Shown here in pieces: positions 13,392 through 24,773 of a stretch of 64,000 bases of DNA. Both the position numbers and the translations under genes were made by a program. The notes beneath the pieces are model-generated. The model made no database searches. It was not told the DNA's origin and saw only the letters and a list, made by a program, of their open reading frames with translations. The stretch comes from Octopus vulgaris (lineage: Eukaryota), in NCBI GenBank assembly GCA_951406725.2, contig OX597821.1:65100001-65164000 (forward strand), given 5' to 3'. Position 1 is the stretch's first letter. Each line of letters starts with the position of its first letter.

Positions 13392-13831
13392 ATCCCTATA
13401 AGTGGCAGGTGAGAGTAGTGAGAGGAGTTTTGTCTAGTGAATGTTTAAAAAAAAAGATAGGTGAATGTAGCAAGTATGGCACGTGTGAATGACGGAGCCA
13501 CCTTGAGCATAATCCTATGAACCAGAAAAAGAAAGGAAGAGTGAATCACTTACTGTAATGGTTTTTTTGCATGACATTATTGCCCGAGGTTATCGTGATC
13601 TTTTCCGTAGGCTTTTCTCTCCACGGCTAAACCTAATCTGTTCCCCTTTTATATTATGACATTTCTGTGAAACACGATCCCTATTGATCAGCTTCCTTTT
13701 TTTTTTCTTTCCACGGTCCCTTTTGATCGAAATTCTACCCCCACCTCTTTTTTCTTTCCTTCCCAAAAAGAAAAGCTCTACTTTGTATTTTGTCCCCTCT
13801 GTGTTCAGCCCTGTGTGGCTAATAAAAAAAC
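13392..13831 (+). mobile_element. 3' end of a probable Tx1/L1-like LINE (ORF2 C-terminus plus 3' UTR)
   Basis: Translates as ..QVRVVRGVLSSECLKKK/RxVNVASMARVNDGATLSIIL*, then a T-rich UTR ending gtcccctctgtgttcagccctgtgtggctaataaaaaaaca; flanked by (TATC)n. Clade assignment is from resemblance only. Confidence 0.55.
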
Positions 13832-16409
13832 ATATCTATTTATATTCCTGCATGCGGACCATTACGAATCACTCGAAATACTTTAACTCTAATATGGCCA
13901 AGTACATTAAAAAAGTATTTCAGAAGCAGCATCAGTCATAAATATGAGCAGTATTCACGCATAGGTACTCTTGTGTTTTGTAGGTAGTTCAGACATTGAT
14001 CAAGACTCGAATATTCTTTGGTATTACGGTAGCATTTTCTTTTCTCAATGTACACAATGACATACATGATTTTCTAAGTAACATACACGGCAGAGTTCGC
14101 GATGCATATGAATTTTAGCTATGTGTTATATACATGGCAGAAGAAACTGAGGCGCCAATATGGTTTGTGAGTCTTTTCTTTTCTGATAACATTTAAGCGT
14201 TTATATTATATATGCGTCTGTTTATACATGCATGCACACAGGTATTATATGATATAAGAAAATATTATATATATATACGTATGTATGTATGTATGTATGT
14301 ATGTATGTATGTATGTATGTATGTATGTATGTGTGTGTATATATATATATGATACGCTTTATAAAGCTTGACATATTCAGGAATTAAGCAGTCGAGAAAT
14401 ATATGGTTTTCCTTTTCTAGTAAATCTTCGGATTTCAGAGGACGATACATGATCCAGGAAGCGGATCCAATTTATTACGTGGGATTGCTGGCTTTTTTTT
14501 AAATATGTAAATTCAAAATATAAGGATATGTATTTAGAGGGGAGATACTCGAAGATAGATAGATAGATAGATGTTTACACTGTATTCTCTAAAGGATCTC
14601 ACCTATGATTTAGCAGTGTGATACTTCGAGTAGTAATGGCTAAAAAGTGCAGCTAATTTTCAGTAATGTAAACTTTACATGTCCCAAAATATGGAAGCTT
14701 TTTATTTTTACTTGTAAGAATGGACATATGTGCACACACACACTCGAGTGCGCACTCACACACACGCGCACACGCATGTATATTTACGAATATATATATA
14801 TAGTTAAGGTATATGTATAGAGAATAGCAGTTAAATTTTAAGTTTTTAAGTACCCTAAATTATCCAAAGCGTATATTTTCTATGTATTCTTTTGTGACAA
14901 TATCTTCTTAAGAAAGTTTCTACTCTGTCTTCCAGCGATACTGTATCCTAATGTATTTCTACTCATATAATGGCGATTTCTGTAATAACGATAATAAAGG
15001 CAAAGTACGGTACATACACAATGCTATTTAACACGTATGAAGAAATACAATTAATATCTGGTTTATTCTGCTAATTAGCAGATGTTTCTATCGATATTAA
15101 CATATGTTGCTACTGTAAGGCTTAAAATCTTTCCATAGCCCTCTCACTATAATTATCATAAGTTAATTAATAAACACCACATTAAAATATTGTATCAGAG
15201 AACTAATGGCTTTGAACAAATATGGCCAATTCTAAGCATCAAAAATTCTCTACACTATCCAATGATAACAATATTTCAAATTCAATATAAATTAATTGCA
15301 AGAATTCCCATATGATTGAAATGGAAACATTCTTCCCAGCAATTCGTTCTACATGGTAGCAATATCTATGAAATCTATGTCTGATAATTCGGGGTTTAAC
15401 ATGACTTTCAAAGTTAACGCAGTTTTGAAAGGACACTGCCCAGATATGTTTACATTTTGCAAAATCAAATGATACTCCACTCTCTAATTATGGTGGACCT
15501 TAAATCTATTGAACCGTACGACACATTCCCAAACGGAAAGTTCCAAAATGTTTTAAACTATATCAAGTCAATAAAAAAATAAAAAAATAGTATGAATTTC
15601 GGAATATTTCGAAACTTTTGTGTCTGAAATAAATTTTATAGAATCGTATCTCCTAATTTGTCTCCTAGTGTATGCATAAAATCCTCGAAACACTAAAAGT
15701 AAACAATATCGAAAAGACGATGGATTTTTTTGCATGACAGGCCTTACGCAATGCGATATTTGGGGAGGGGAATACAAGAAACGGAACAAGAAACAAAATC
15801 TTTGTCATACTGAGAGTACATGAAGAGAGAAAGAAAGAGAAGAGAGAGAGAGAGAGAGGAGGCAGTGTGGGTGACAGAAAAAGAGAGAAAGAGTTATAAG
15901 GAGAATAGTGAAGAGAAAGAAAAAACCAATGGAAGCAGAGAACCAGTAAGGGAATGGAAGTAAGTGGCACATGCAGTGCTCCTGCTGCCGTGTGTGTGTG
16001 TGTGTGTAATGAAGCGTAGTTTGATGCATAACGCTTCCATTTATGTAGAAGTTAACTAACGTCTAATAGGTGGCAAATAATGAACAGCTCGTGAATGCAT
16101 GAAATATGTGCAACAATAACATGATATATTCAGCTGAGATTGTAAATATGTAAGCACATATGTACACCCCCCGCCCCGTTGCCGAGTGTTCATGCTTGCG
16201 GGTATGCGTGATGTAACAACTAGCTGGTGGTATGATGTATGCAATTAATGTGTGGCAAATGAGGGACATGTGTGCCTGATGTGCACATGGGGCGGGGGGA
16301 GGTAAGGTGAGGGTAATGTGTGTACGGATAGTTCGAGATGTAATTCTTACAAGCTGTTGTGTTGTGCGTATCAATGGGCTTGCACGCGCATGAGAAGTAA
16401 GTCGTTATA

Positions 16410-16630
16410 CGGTAATCCTCGCCACATCGCGGTTCACCTATCACGGTTTATTATTTAAGCTTACGTCGATTCCTCCGTGGTGTTGTTTTGCATTTATAAT
16501 AAGATAAATACGTATGAATTATAAAAATAATTAAAACTATATACAGTACAGTACTGTTTCTGTTTCGCGGATTTTCACCTATCGCTGGGAGTTTTGGAAC
16601 GTAACTCCCACGATAGTCAAGTAATTTCTG
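16410..16630. mobile_element. pogo/Tigger-type MITE, copy 1 (degraded)
   Basis: Homologous to 63782-63997; degraded CAGTAATCCCTCG-type TIRs, TA at the left end. Confidence 0.85.
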
Positions 16631-17040
16631 TGTATATGTGCTAGAATGTGAACGCGATAACATCAGTCTACGTGTACAGATGTACTAAAAATACATGTAA
16701 TTTGCGAAGTGTGAGTAGAAATTTGATGTATTATGTTATGATGAAACGTTGGAGAGTAGTTTGTGTTGTGGTAAGGTGTAGTTAAGTGGAAGAGGCCGCA
16801 CTATTCATAATCAAGAAGAAAATGCCGAGGCTAGCAAGAGGCACGGGATCCTTGTTGTAAGACACTTGTGGGCGGTGGTAAAAAGTGTGTGACAGTGAAC
16901 TGAAAGGGCGAAAGATAGACAATGTAGACAGACAGACAATAGTTCAATGAGATATTCATTAAAATTCTACGCAAACCTACGGCTCACAGAATTGATATTT
17001 AAGATAGTAAATAATGTGTGTATGTATGCATATGTATGTA

Positions 17041-17109
<69 letters not shown>

Positions 17110-17145
17110 TCTAAAAGTTTTTGCTCTTCATGGTGCTGACATAAG

Positions 17146-17244
17146 TTCCTTGTCTTTCCTGATGAGATGGCGGCATAATGCACCCTTTATTCCTTCGGAA
17201 TTAGGAATATGCAGCCTTCGAAACATGTGTCGAGAGTAAAGGAA
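17146..17244 (+). ncRNA. Type I hammerhead ribozyme, canonical core
   Basis: ctttc CTGATGA gatggcggcata...tatgcagccttc GAAAC atgt GTC gagag. Stem I ctttc/gagag extended by ttcctt/aaggaa, long stem II, stem III AC-atgt-GT, GUC triplet at 17229-17231. Confidence 0.85.
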
Positions 17245-17278
17245 TTTTGTTAAAATCGTCGTTCGACTCCATTCTTTC

Positions 17279-17349
<71 letters not shown>

Positions 17350-17636
17350 TAACAATATAGGGTGAAATTAATTAATTTGGAATAATTATTAATTACACCA
17401 AGTAGATTTCGGCATGTAAAAGCCTCATTCGAGGAAAATTTAAGTAATACTAAGCAATTAAGGGTTTAGCAACGAATTGCCTCACCACACACCGAAATTA
17501 GAAATAGCAGTCAAAGAGTTATAGCTATTCTTTCTACTAAAAGGGAGATCTCAGTAAAAACACACCACTTGAAAGGCAAACACAGACAGGTAAGAGAGAA
17601 TGAAATGACGGCAATCTATCATACAATTTTAAGTCA

Positions 17637-17727
17637 CCTACGGACGTACGTTTCGAAATCAAGTTTTAGGAAAGCATCAGAATTAGATAATTCTATCTTA
17701 CCCAACTTCTTTTCTCATCAGCGTAGG
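17637..17727 (-). ncRNA. Type I hammerhead ribozyme, canonical core
   Basis: Minus strand: cctacg CTGATGA gaaa...(aagtt/aactt, agaatta/taattct)...tttc GAAAC gtac GTC cgtagg. Perfect 6-bp stem I, palindromic stem III ACGTACGT, GUC triplet. Confidence 0.9.
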
Positions 17728-17879
17728 ACACTACAATTATGAATAATTGTATATTAAATTTCGAGATGCTAGAAAGCATCATCTCAACTCAGTATCAGAG
17801 CGAGCTAAAGCCATTACCAGTACCACCAAATTCAAAGTGTGAATGAAAGTTTGTGTCACCAGCCCCTTCCCACCAGCTA

Positions 17880-18168
17880 ACATTATTGTTTTCAGTCGTG
17901 TTTGTTCGTTTGTTTGTCTGTGGACAAGATATCTCAAGTATCGCTGGATGGATTCGGATGAAACTTTCAGGGATGTTTGGCCGCGCGACTGGGCACGAAC
18001 TGATTAGATTTTCAGATTGATCCGATATAGCGATCGGGTTCAATTTTAGCATTCTTGTTTGTGAGAGCAGTTGAGTTTATTTCAGATATTCTCATTTTTA
18101 AAATCATCATCTCTAGCTAATCGTTGAGAGGACACTGGTGTTGCCTTGGCGGAGGTTTGCGCTCTCTG
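17880..18168 (+). mobile_element. Helentron-associated non-autonomous element (HINE/DINE-1-like), 5' end eroded
   Basis: ttattgttttc..(gttt/gtct)n..ggattcggatgaaact..gattagattttc and the 3' end ccttggcggaggtttgcgctct follow the typical HINE layout. Confidence 0.7.
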
Positions 18169-18871
18169 CCTTATCTTGTTAGCATTGTTTTCTCCAAATT
18201 TTACCTTACCGCTTTTTTCCCTTTGTATAATTGCAGGTAAACACAGATATAAAACTTTTCCGACATGCTATTTATACGAGAATTTATGAGAGAAATAAAA
18301 GCCAAGAAATACAAGATATACACAAGAGAAACAAATGGAAGAAAAGGAACGAAAGGAAAGCGTAGAAGAAAGAAAAAAACGGAGAGATTCAAATAGAAGT
18401 GTAATTTAAGGAAACAGATATCTATACATAAGATAAATAGAAATTTGAATGCTTAAGCAAGAACATACGATGCACAGAAGTGACTCTTTCGTTGTGCCAC
18501 GATGAATTGTAATTGATACAATACGCTTCATGTTGAGTAGCCATGTTTATTAAGGAGAGGTGTAAAATTGAAAATGAAACTATAAGGTTTTGTGGTTACA
18601 TAACTGAATGACAGTAGAGAGAGAAAGAAGCAGAAATAAAGAAGATTCAGAAAGATATTACATGTTTTTATGGAAAGAGTATTAAGCACCTGTAAAAATA
18701 TCTGTGTATTAGATAACTGAGAAAGACGATTCAACATTACTTGAGTGCCTTTGGAGAAAAAGAAATATAATTGAAAGCTAAAAAGTTGTGTAAAAACACA
18801 GTGAATTGAGAGGAAGAAAATAGGAATCAAAGGTGTTGAGAAGAATGAATACGAATTTTCGAATCGTTTAG

Positions 18872-19090
18872 GAGGCGCGTAACTTTGAGGTTAGTGTTCC
18901 TCTCATGATCGTTAGATTGTGGTTTCAATTTCGGGTTATATGTTGTGTTCTTGTACAAAACACTTCCTTTCGCGTTGTTCGAGTCCATCCAGCTGTCAAA
19001 AATGAGTAATCCTGCGACGGACTTGCGCCCTGTCCAGGAGGTGGGGGGCATATACACGAGAGTATCCGGGAAATGGACCCTATGAGTTTA
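18872..19090 (+). mobile_element. Diverged tRNA-derived SINE (family C head with tail type 2)
   Basis: Head ggaggcgcgt..ggtttcaatttc; body gttgtgttcttgtacaaaacactt; tail cctgcgacggacttgcgccctgtccag..ccctatgagt, similar to 47330-47410. Confidence 0.7.
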
Positions 19091-20139
19091 TATCACTCGT
19101 GAAGGAGTTATTTTCGGGGGTTAGAAACAGAATGAAAATTCTGGTTAAAAGGAAAGCTAAAGTAACGTAACATGAGAATGTAAATGTAAGGGGAAAACAG
19201 CTAAAAAGTATGCTAGTACAGTTCGTGTATTTGGCTCTTAAATATATACGACCATTGAATTATAATAAAATAATATGAGAATGCTCACACGATTTCGAGA
19301 ATTAATAGAAATCCTGTCACCAATATTGAAAAGAAGACAGAAGTGCAAACTAAATTTTACCAATTAGTGTTCATCTTACACGTAATACATTTTAATAACA
19401 CACAGTAACTGGAGTACATTTCTCACCAATTTCCACTTAGTAAGGGGGACTCTATTCATAGGCTATTTTCAGAAATTTATTCCAAAATTGATGGAACTAT
19501 TTCAGGTAAATTTCGCTAATTACTTTACAATATATTCAAAATGGATTGAAGATAAATTTTCTGAAAACAATCTTACTCTAGACACTGGAATTTGAAACTA
19601 GCACATTTCATGGATCTGAAAAGTTTGCAGCTAACATCCAGAACTATCCGACTCTCTTCTATTTGCCATTTTTATACCTCAACCTCTAAATCGACAATTT
19701 AACAAGTCATCGAACATTTTCTATGTGATATCTTGACCACCAAGATATAGCAGCTAAGTTTACCTAAAACCATACGCCCTCATTTCCGAATGGGAGATAT
19801 TTTATAATGTTGTTTATGTAGTTTTGGATACACATCATACGACAGGACTGCCACAGGTTAACGGAATTTGGTCTAGTACACATTGACCAATTTCATTAGT
19901 GCTGATCTCAGCCAAATGACAACAGATATACACTTTTATAGTAGTCAAACTCTATCCATATTCACCTATATAAAGAAGTTGAAATAAAGTTTGAACTACG
20001 ACTACATTGATTCTATAAATAGAGGGCATAGAAGTTTGAAAGCTTAGCCAATTCTCACTCAGATCACATGCATTTATACACACATTCATCTATGCATGAG
20101 ACCGTTGGGCATAAAAGACAAAGTACATTTCATAAATTT

Positions 20140-20615
20140 TATTTAATCACCCTCAATATACTTCTCCCAGCGTTTCTGTCACTGCTAGTACTACCCCTGG
20201 AGCGCCCGCCTTTTCATAGAATTCTATAGAGCTCTACCGTCATTTTTCTCTTCATTTCCTCTCGTGACTCAAATCGTTTACTTCCCTTTCAGCGTCGTTT
20301 TCAGTTTGGAGAAGACACGAGAGTTACACGGTGCCAAGTCGGGAGAGTAAAGAACCTGTCGAAAAAGTGGTGGGCTCTTTTGAGCAGGAAAGCTTGGATT
20401 ATGACGTACGTTCAAAAAATATCCGACTTCATTTTATGCTGACACTCTCCGCATGCACAAATCCTCCGCTAAAATAGAATGCACTGATCCTGTGCTTATT
20501 CCCACTTCGTGAGTAATTTCCTGGATTGTTACACGATGGTATTCCATAACTATACACCGATCCTTCTAAATCGGCTCTCCGTTTTGGGTTGCGGATGGCC
20601 TGTCTGGGCGTGCAT
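20140..20615 (-). mobile_element. Fragmented mariner transposase relic (different family from 6563-7124)
   Basis: Minus strand gives RPDRPS..RVTIQEITHEVGISTGSVHSILAEDLCMRRVSA (HTH region) and YSPDLAPCNSRVFSKLKTTLKG..RFESREEMK..QKRWEKYIEGD (C-terminus). Confidence 0.85.
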
Positions 20616-20714
20616 TACACTCCACAGAGGTGCACGGTCAAGTTTGAAACGTTACTATTTCTCCTTTAACAGCATTTGCCCATTCGATCACTGCTAAATG
20701 CATTTAAAAATTAA

Positions 20715-20971
20715 TAAATAAATAAATTCATGAATGGATGTTGTTTTCACAGCGATAATGCTCTTCGCAGCACATGAGTCATTCCAGTTAACATGTTTTT
20801 TTGCACTTCCTGTAGGGATGGTAAGCCTGGTATCATTTTCAAATAGGTTTCAGTACATTTTTTTAACATTCCTAGAACACCTACAATCCCTAGTACTGTA
20901 GTCGCCTTGAGATGCCACATTTTTTCAATTTCTATTAGCAAGTGTTTATATTTACTGATCTCGTCAAATTC

Positions 20972-20972
<1 letters not shown>
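20715..20972 (-). mobile_element. 5'-truncated R4/Dong-type retrotransposon 3' end
   Basis: SKYKHLLIEIEKMWHLKATTVLGIVGVLGMLKK...LQEVQK..LTGMTHVLRRALSL* is homologous to the C-terminus at 52820-53033; the 5' junction lies in (TAA)n. Confidence 0.85.
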
Positions 20973-21049
<77 letters not shown>

Positions 21050-21061
21050 AATAATAATATT

Positions 21062-21440
21062 CAGAATCGTTAGCAGGTCCGGTGAAGCGCTTAGCGGTAT
21101 TTCGTTTGCCGCTACGTTCTGAGTTCAAATTTCACCGAGGTCGACTTTGCCTTTCATCCTTTCGGAGTCGATTAAATAAGTACCAGTTACGCATTACGGT
21201 CGATATAATTGTCTTAATCCGTTTGTCTGTCCTTGTTTTTCATCTCCGTGTTTAGCCCCTTGTGTGTAGAAACAGGTATTTCGTTTGCCGCTACGCTCAG
21301 CGTTCAAATTCCGCCGATGTCGACTTTGCATTTCATCTTTTCGGGGTCGATAAATTAAGTTCTAGTTGAATACTGGGATCGTTGTGATCGATTGTCCCCT
21401 TACTCACAAATTCCAGACCTCGTGCCTATTGTAGAATGGG
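21062..21440 (+). mobile_element. SINE family D, dimeric array
   Basis: Two units of gtatttcg..tacgttctgagttcaaattccgccgaggtcgactttgcctttcatcctttcggggtcgat... Confidence 0.9.
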
Positions 21441-21697
<257 letters not shown>

Positions 21698-22155
21698 AAA
21701 CCTTTATTTGATTCGATGAGATATATTTTGATTTCTTTCTTTGAAGGAGGAATTATCTTCATTGCTATCAGCAATCACTGCATAGAGGCATTTGTTAGAA
21801 ATGACAAACCATTACATTTCACTTTCCAACTGACATCCATCAATGAAATTCAATTAGCATTTGTTTCTTATTGAATAAAAGCCTCACAAATAAGTAATGT
21901 TCAGCATTGAACAAAACGACATGTGTGTAATTGTGTGCGCGTATGTGTGTGTATGTGATTGTGAATTTGTGAATGTATGTGCGCATGATTTTGTATGCGT
22001 GTGTGTGCATCATTATGTATGTGTGTGCGTAATTTTGTATGTGTGTATGTATACGAGTAGTCGTGTAGCTTTCTAATTTTGCTTATGTACCAAAAAGCGG
22101 ATCGTTATTGCTTTTAATTTTATCTACATTTTTTATTCTCATTTCTGATTGAACG

Positions 22156-22689
22156 TCGGATAGCGAATTTTTTTCCCACGCGAGTTCCGGATCCCAGTTA
22201 TGAACTCATTTGCATACAGCCAATCAGAGCTCAACTATCACACAAATTTATGAACGCATAAGTGATGGGCAATAGGATAAGGTCACTTAGTTAAGGAATG
22301 ACCGTGCTTCATTTCTGTTTTAAGGATGTTTGTTATTCTTGTTCTTGTTTCAAGCCTGGCTGCCTCTGCGAAGTTATTTGTGTTGTTTACTTTGTAAAAC
22401 AATAAGGTGTGTGGGTTGCTAGTACATCATCCTCTACCCACATTTTTCCCATCCACATCTTTACCATATGGGGCCCTAAGAAAATCCGATAATAGTTGAA
22501 CATGCAAATCAATCTAATAACTTTTTTCTTAAAATCAGGCATTCGGTCGACTTCTTCCGTTTTGAGTTTACATGATAGAGTGTGTTTGTTAACTTGAGAG
22601 CAAGGTCAAGGTCAGCTCTGATTGGCTGTATCTAAATGAGTTCAATACTGGGGTTCGGAACTCGCGTGGGAAAACATTTCGCCGTCAGA
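22156..22689. mobile_element. MITE-like element with about 75-bp imperfect terminal inverted repeats
   Basis: gcgaatttttttcccacgcgagttccggatcccagttatgaactcatttgcatacagccaatcagagct is inverted at 22614-22683. Superfamily and TSD not resolved. Confidence 0.85.
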
Positions 22690-23404
22690 TACGACACCTG
22701 ATGGTATTGATTTCGTTTCTTTAGGCACACGTTTCAGAATCCGCCGTGTCAAATTTGCCTTTCTGTCCTCCTAGATCGAGTAAAAAAATACGATTCTGAA
22801 GGCAATGGAGTGACAGAGTTATTAGAGAGTCGGTATATGTTACGGATTTTAAATTTCTTTTGCTCGCTGTTTGCTTTATTTGTTCCAATTGCTCACGTTT
22901 TTGAAGCCAAATTCCACCATATTTTTCCAACGCCCAACTTTACATCATTTTATGTTCCTTGGATGCTTTCAAAGGACACTAATCTGTTGCGAGGATTCGG
23001 AGTGGGTATATATTAGGAGATGAAATAAATACTATGGTGAATAAATAGTTTTTTTAAATCGCTCTTCGAAAGACGTTACATTATTCATCTTTTTGTAGGG
23101 CATTCTTTTATTCTTAATAATTTTTACAACGCTGTTCTAACCTACTTACACACATCTATTTATATATGTAGATTAGATTTTTTATATATTTGCATACTCA
23201 TGAATTTTTTTATGTTTTAATATTTTAACGACTGATACATTAATATTTTTTACAGACTGATACGCATTGATCTATGGCAGAATATACGTATAAATAAAAT
23301 TTTGAAACTTTGAAATTCTCCATAACATTTTCTTAAACCTTTGTGTCTCGGGTTGTTTATTTGATCACTTCCAAATAATGCCTATACAATAAACAAAGAA
23401 ACTC

Positions 23405-23517
<113 letters not shown>

Positions 23518-23766
23518 CATAGGCAGATATAAATTTATAAATGAGGATAATATCGATATTTAAATATCGATCTTATCAAGTGGCCAGCATGGAAATAAAT
23601 ACCATACAAAGGTAATAATTATTTAAAACTATAAATAAGGGTATCTGAGAGATACAACCATCCCGAAATAGCAGTCGAAACCCCGACTCTAGAAACCACC
23701 TTAAATGTTCATATCGCGCCATGAGATAAGACACAGAGACAAAATAAACTAGTAAAAAATATTTTA

Positions 23767-23834
23767 CTGGATAATTCAAGATCCTGGATTCCTGGTTTGC
23801 TTCGAATAAGCTCTGCCTTCGTCAGTGAATATAC
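23767..23834 (-). ncRNA. Hammerhead motif, damaged copy in the left arm
   Basis: attca CTGACGA aggc...acc a GGAA tccagga TC ttgaat; GAAA is mutated to GGAA. Confidence 0.6.
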
Positions 23835-24015
23835 AATATAATTCGTCACTGTATTCATTGCAGTGTTTACTTTTGACCATATCGCGCTTGTAAGTTGGTT
23901 GGCGGGCAATTTTGACTGGTGTTCTACATACGTGCATATATATGTATGTATGGACGTTCGTATATGTAAATATAACGTATGTTCTGTATTTATATATTTG
24001 TATTTATGTACCCAT

Positions 24016-24088
24016 CTGGTATATTCAACTGACGAAGGCAGAGCTTATTTGAAGCAAAGCCAGAAATCCAGGATCTTGAATTATCCAG
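24016..24088 (+). ncRNA. Type I hammerhead ribozyme motif in the right arm
   Basis: ctggtatattcaa CTGACGA a GGC..gctt attt gaagc..GCC a GAAA TCC a GGA TC ttgaattatccag. Long stem I, palindromic stem III, AUC triplet. Confidence 0.78.
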
Positions 24089-24230
24089 TAAAATATATTT
24101 TTGCTAGTTTATTTTATCTCTCTGTCTTATCTCATGGCGCGATATGAACACTTAAGGTGGTTTCTAGAGTCGGGGTTTTGACTACTATTTCGGCATGGTG
24201 GTATCTCTCAGATACCCTGATTTATAGTTT

Positions 24231-24265
<35 letters not shown>

Positions 24266-24421
24266 TAAAATATATTTCCATCTAAGTGTGGCATCCAATA
24301 CAAGACACTGCTATTGTGGTTTATAGCCCCAGGAAGACATCTTCTCCAGCTGGCTAATGACACACATTTGTAATGATTAGTAATTGCGAGGGGAGGTCAT
24401 CGCTCCCATCTCTTGCCTTAC

Positions 24422-24480
24422 GTGATACATACGGACTCGAGTTTCTGGGTGGTTATCCGTCCTCAACGTGTGTTAATCAC
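24422..24480 (-). ncRNA. Hammerhead motif, variant core
   Basis: Minus strand: gtgattaacacacg TTGAGGA cgg ataaccac cca GAAAC tcga GTC cgtatgtatcac. Palindromic stem III ACTCGAGT, GUC triplet; C3->U and weak stem II. Confidence 0.6.
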
Positions 24481-24561
24481 TAGATTGTGAGGAAAGCTGA
24501 TTCCACTCGCTAATTACTATATACTGTTTTAGCGACTCACTGTCACATGCAGGTAGACAAC

Positions 24562-24658
<97 letters not shown>

Positions 24659-24733
24659 GTGATTGACCTTCTTATAATGTGTCTCTCTTAAGGACTTAAC
24701 TATATGCTTTTTTTTCTTTTTACAAAACAAAAA

Positions 24734-24773
<40 letters not shown>

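Larger units (their letters stand above)
23624..24232. repeat. About 210-bp inverted repeat (arms 23624-23834 and 24019-24232, spacer about 184 bp) bracketed by (TA)n
   Basis: Arms are near-identical reverse complements, also visible as the shared peptide LNYPVKY in opposite-strand ORFs. Confidence 0.95.
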
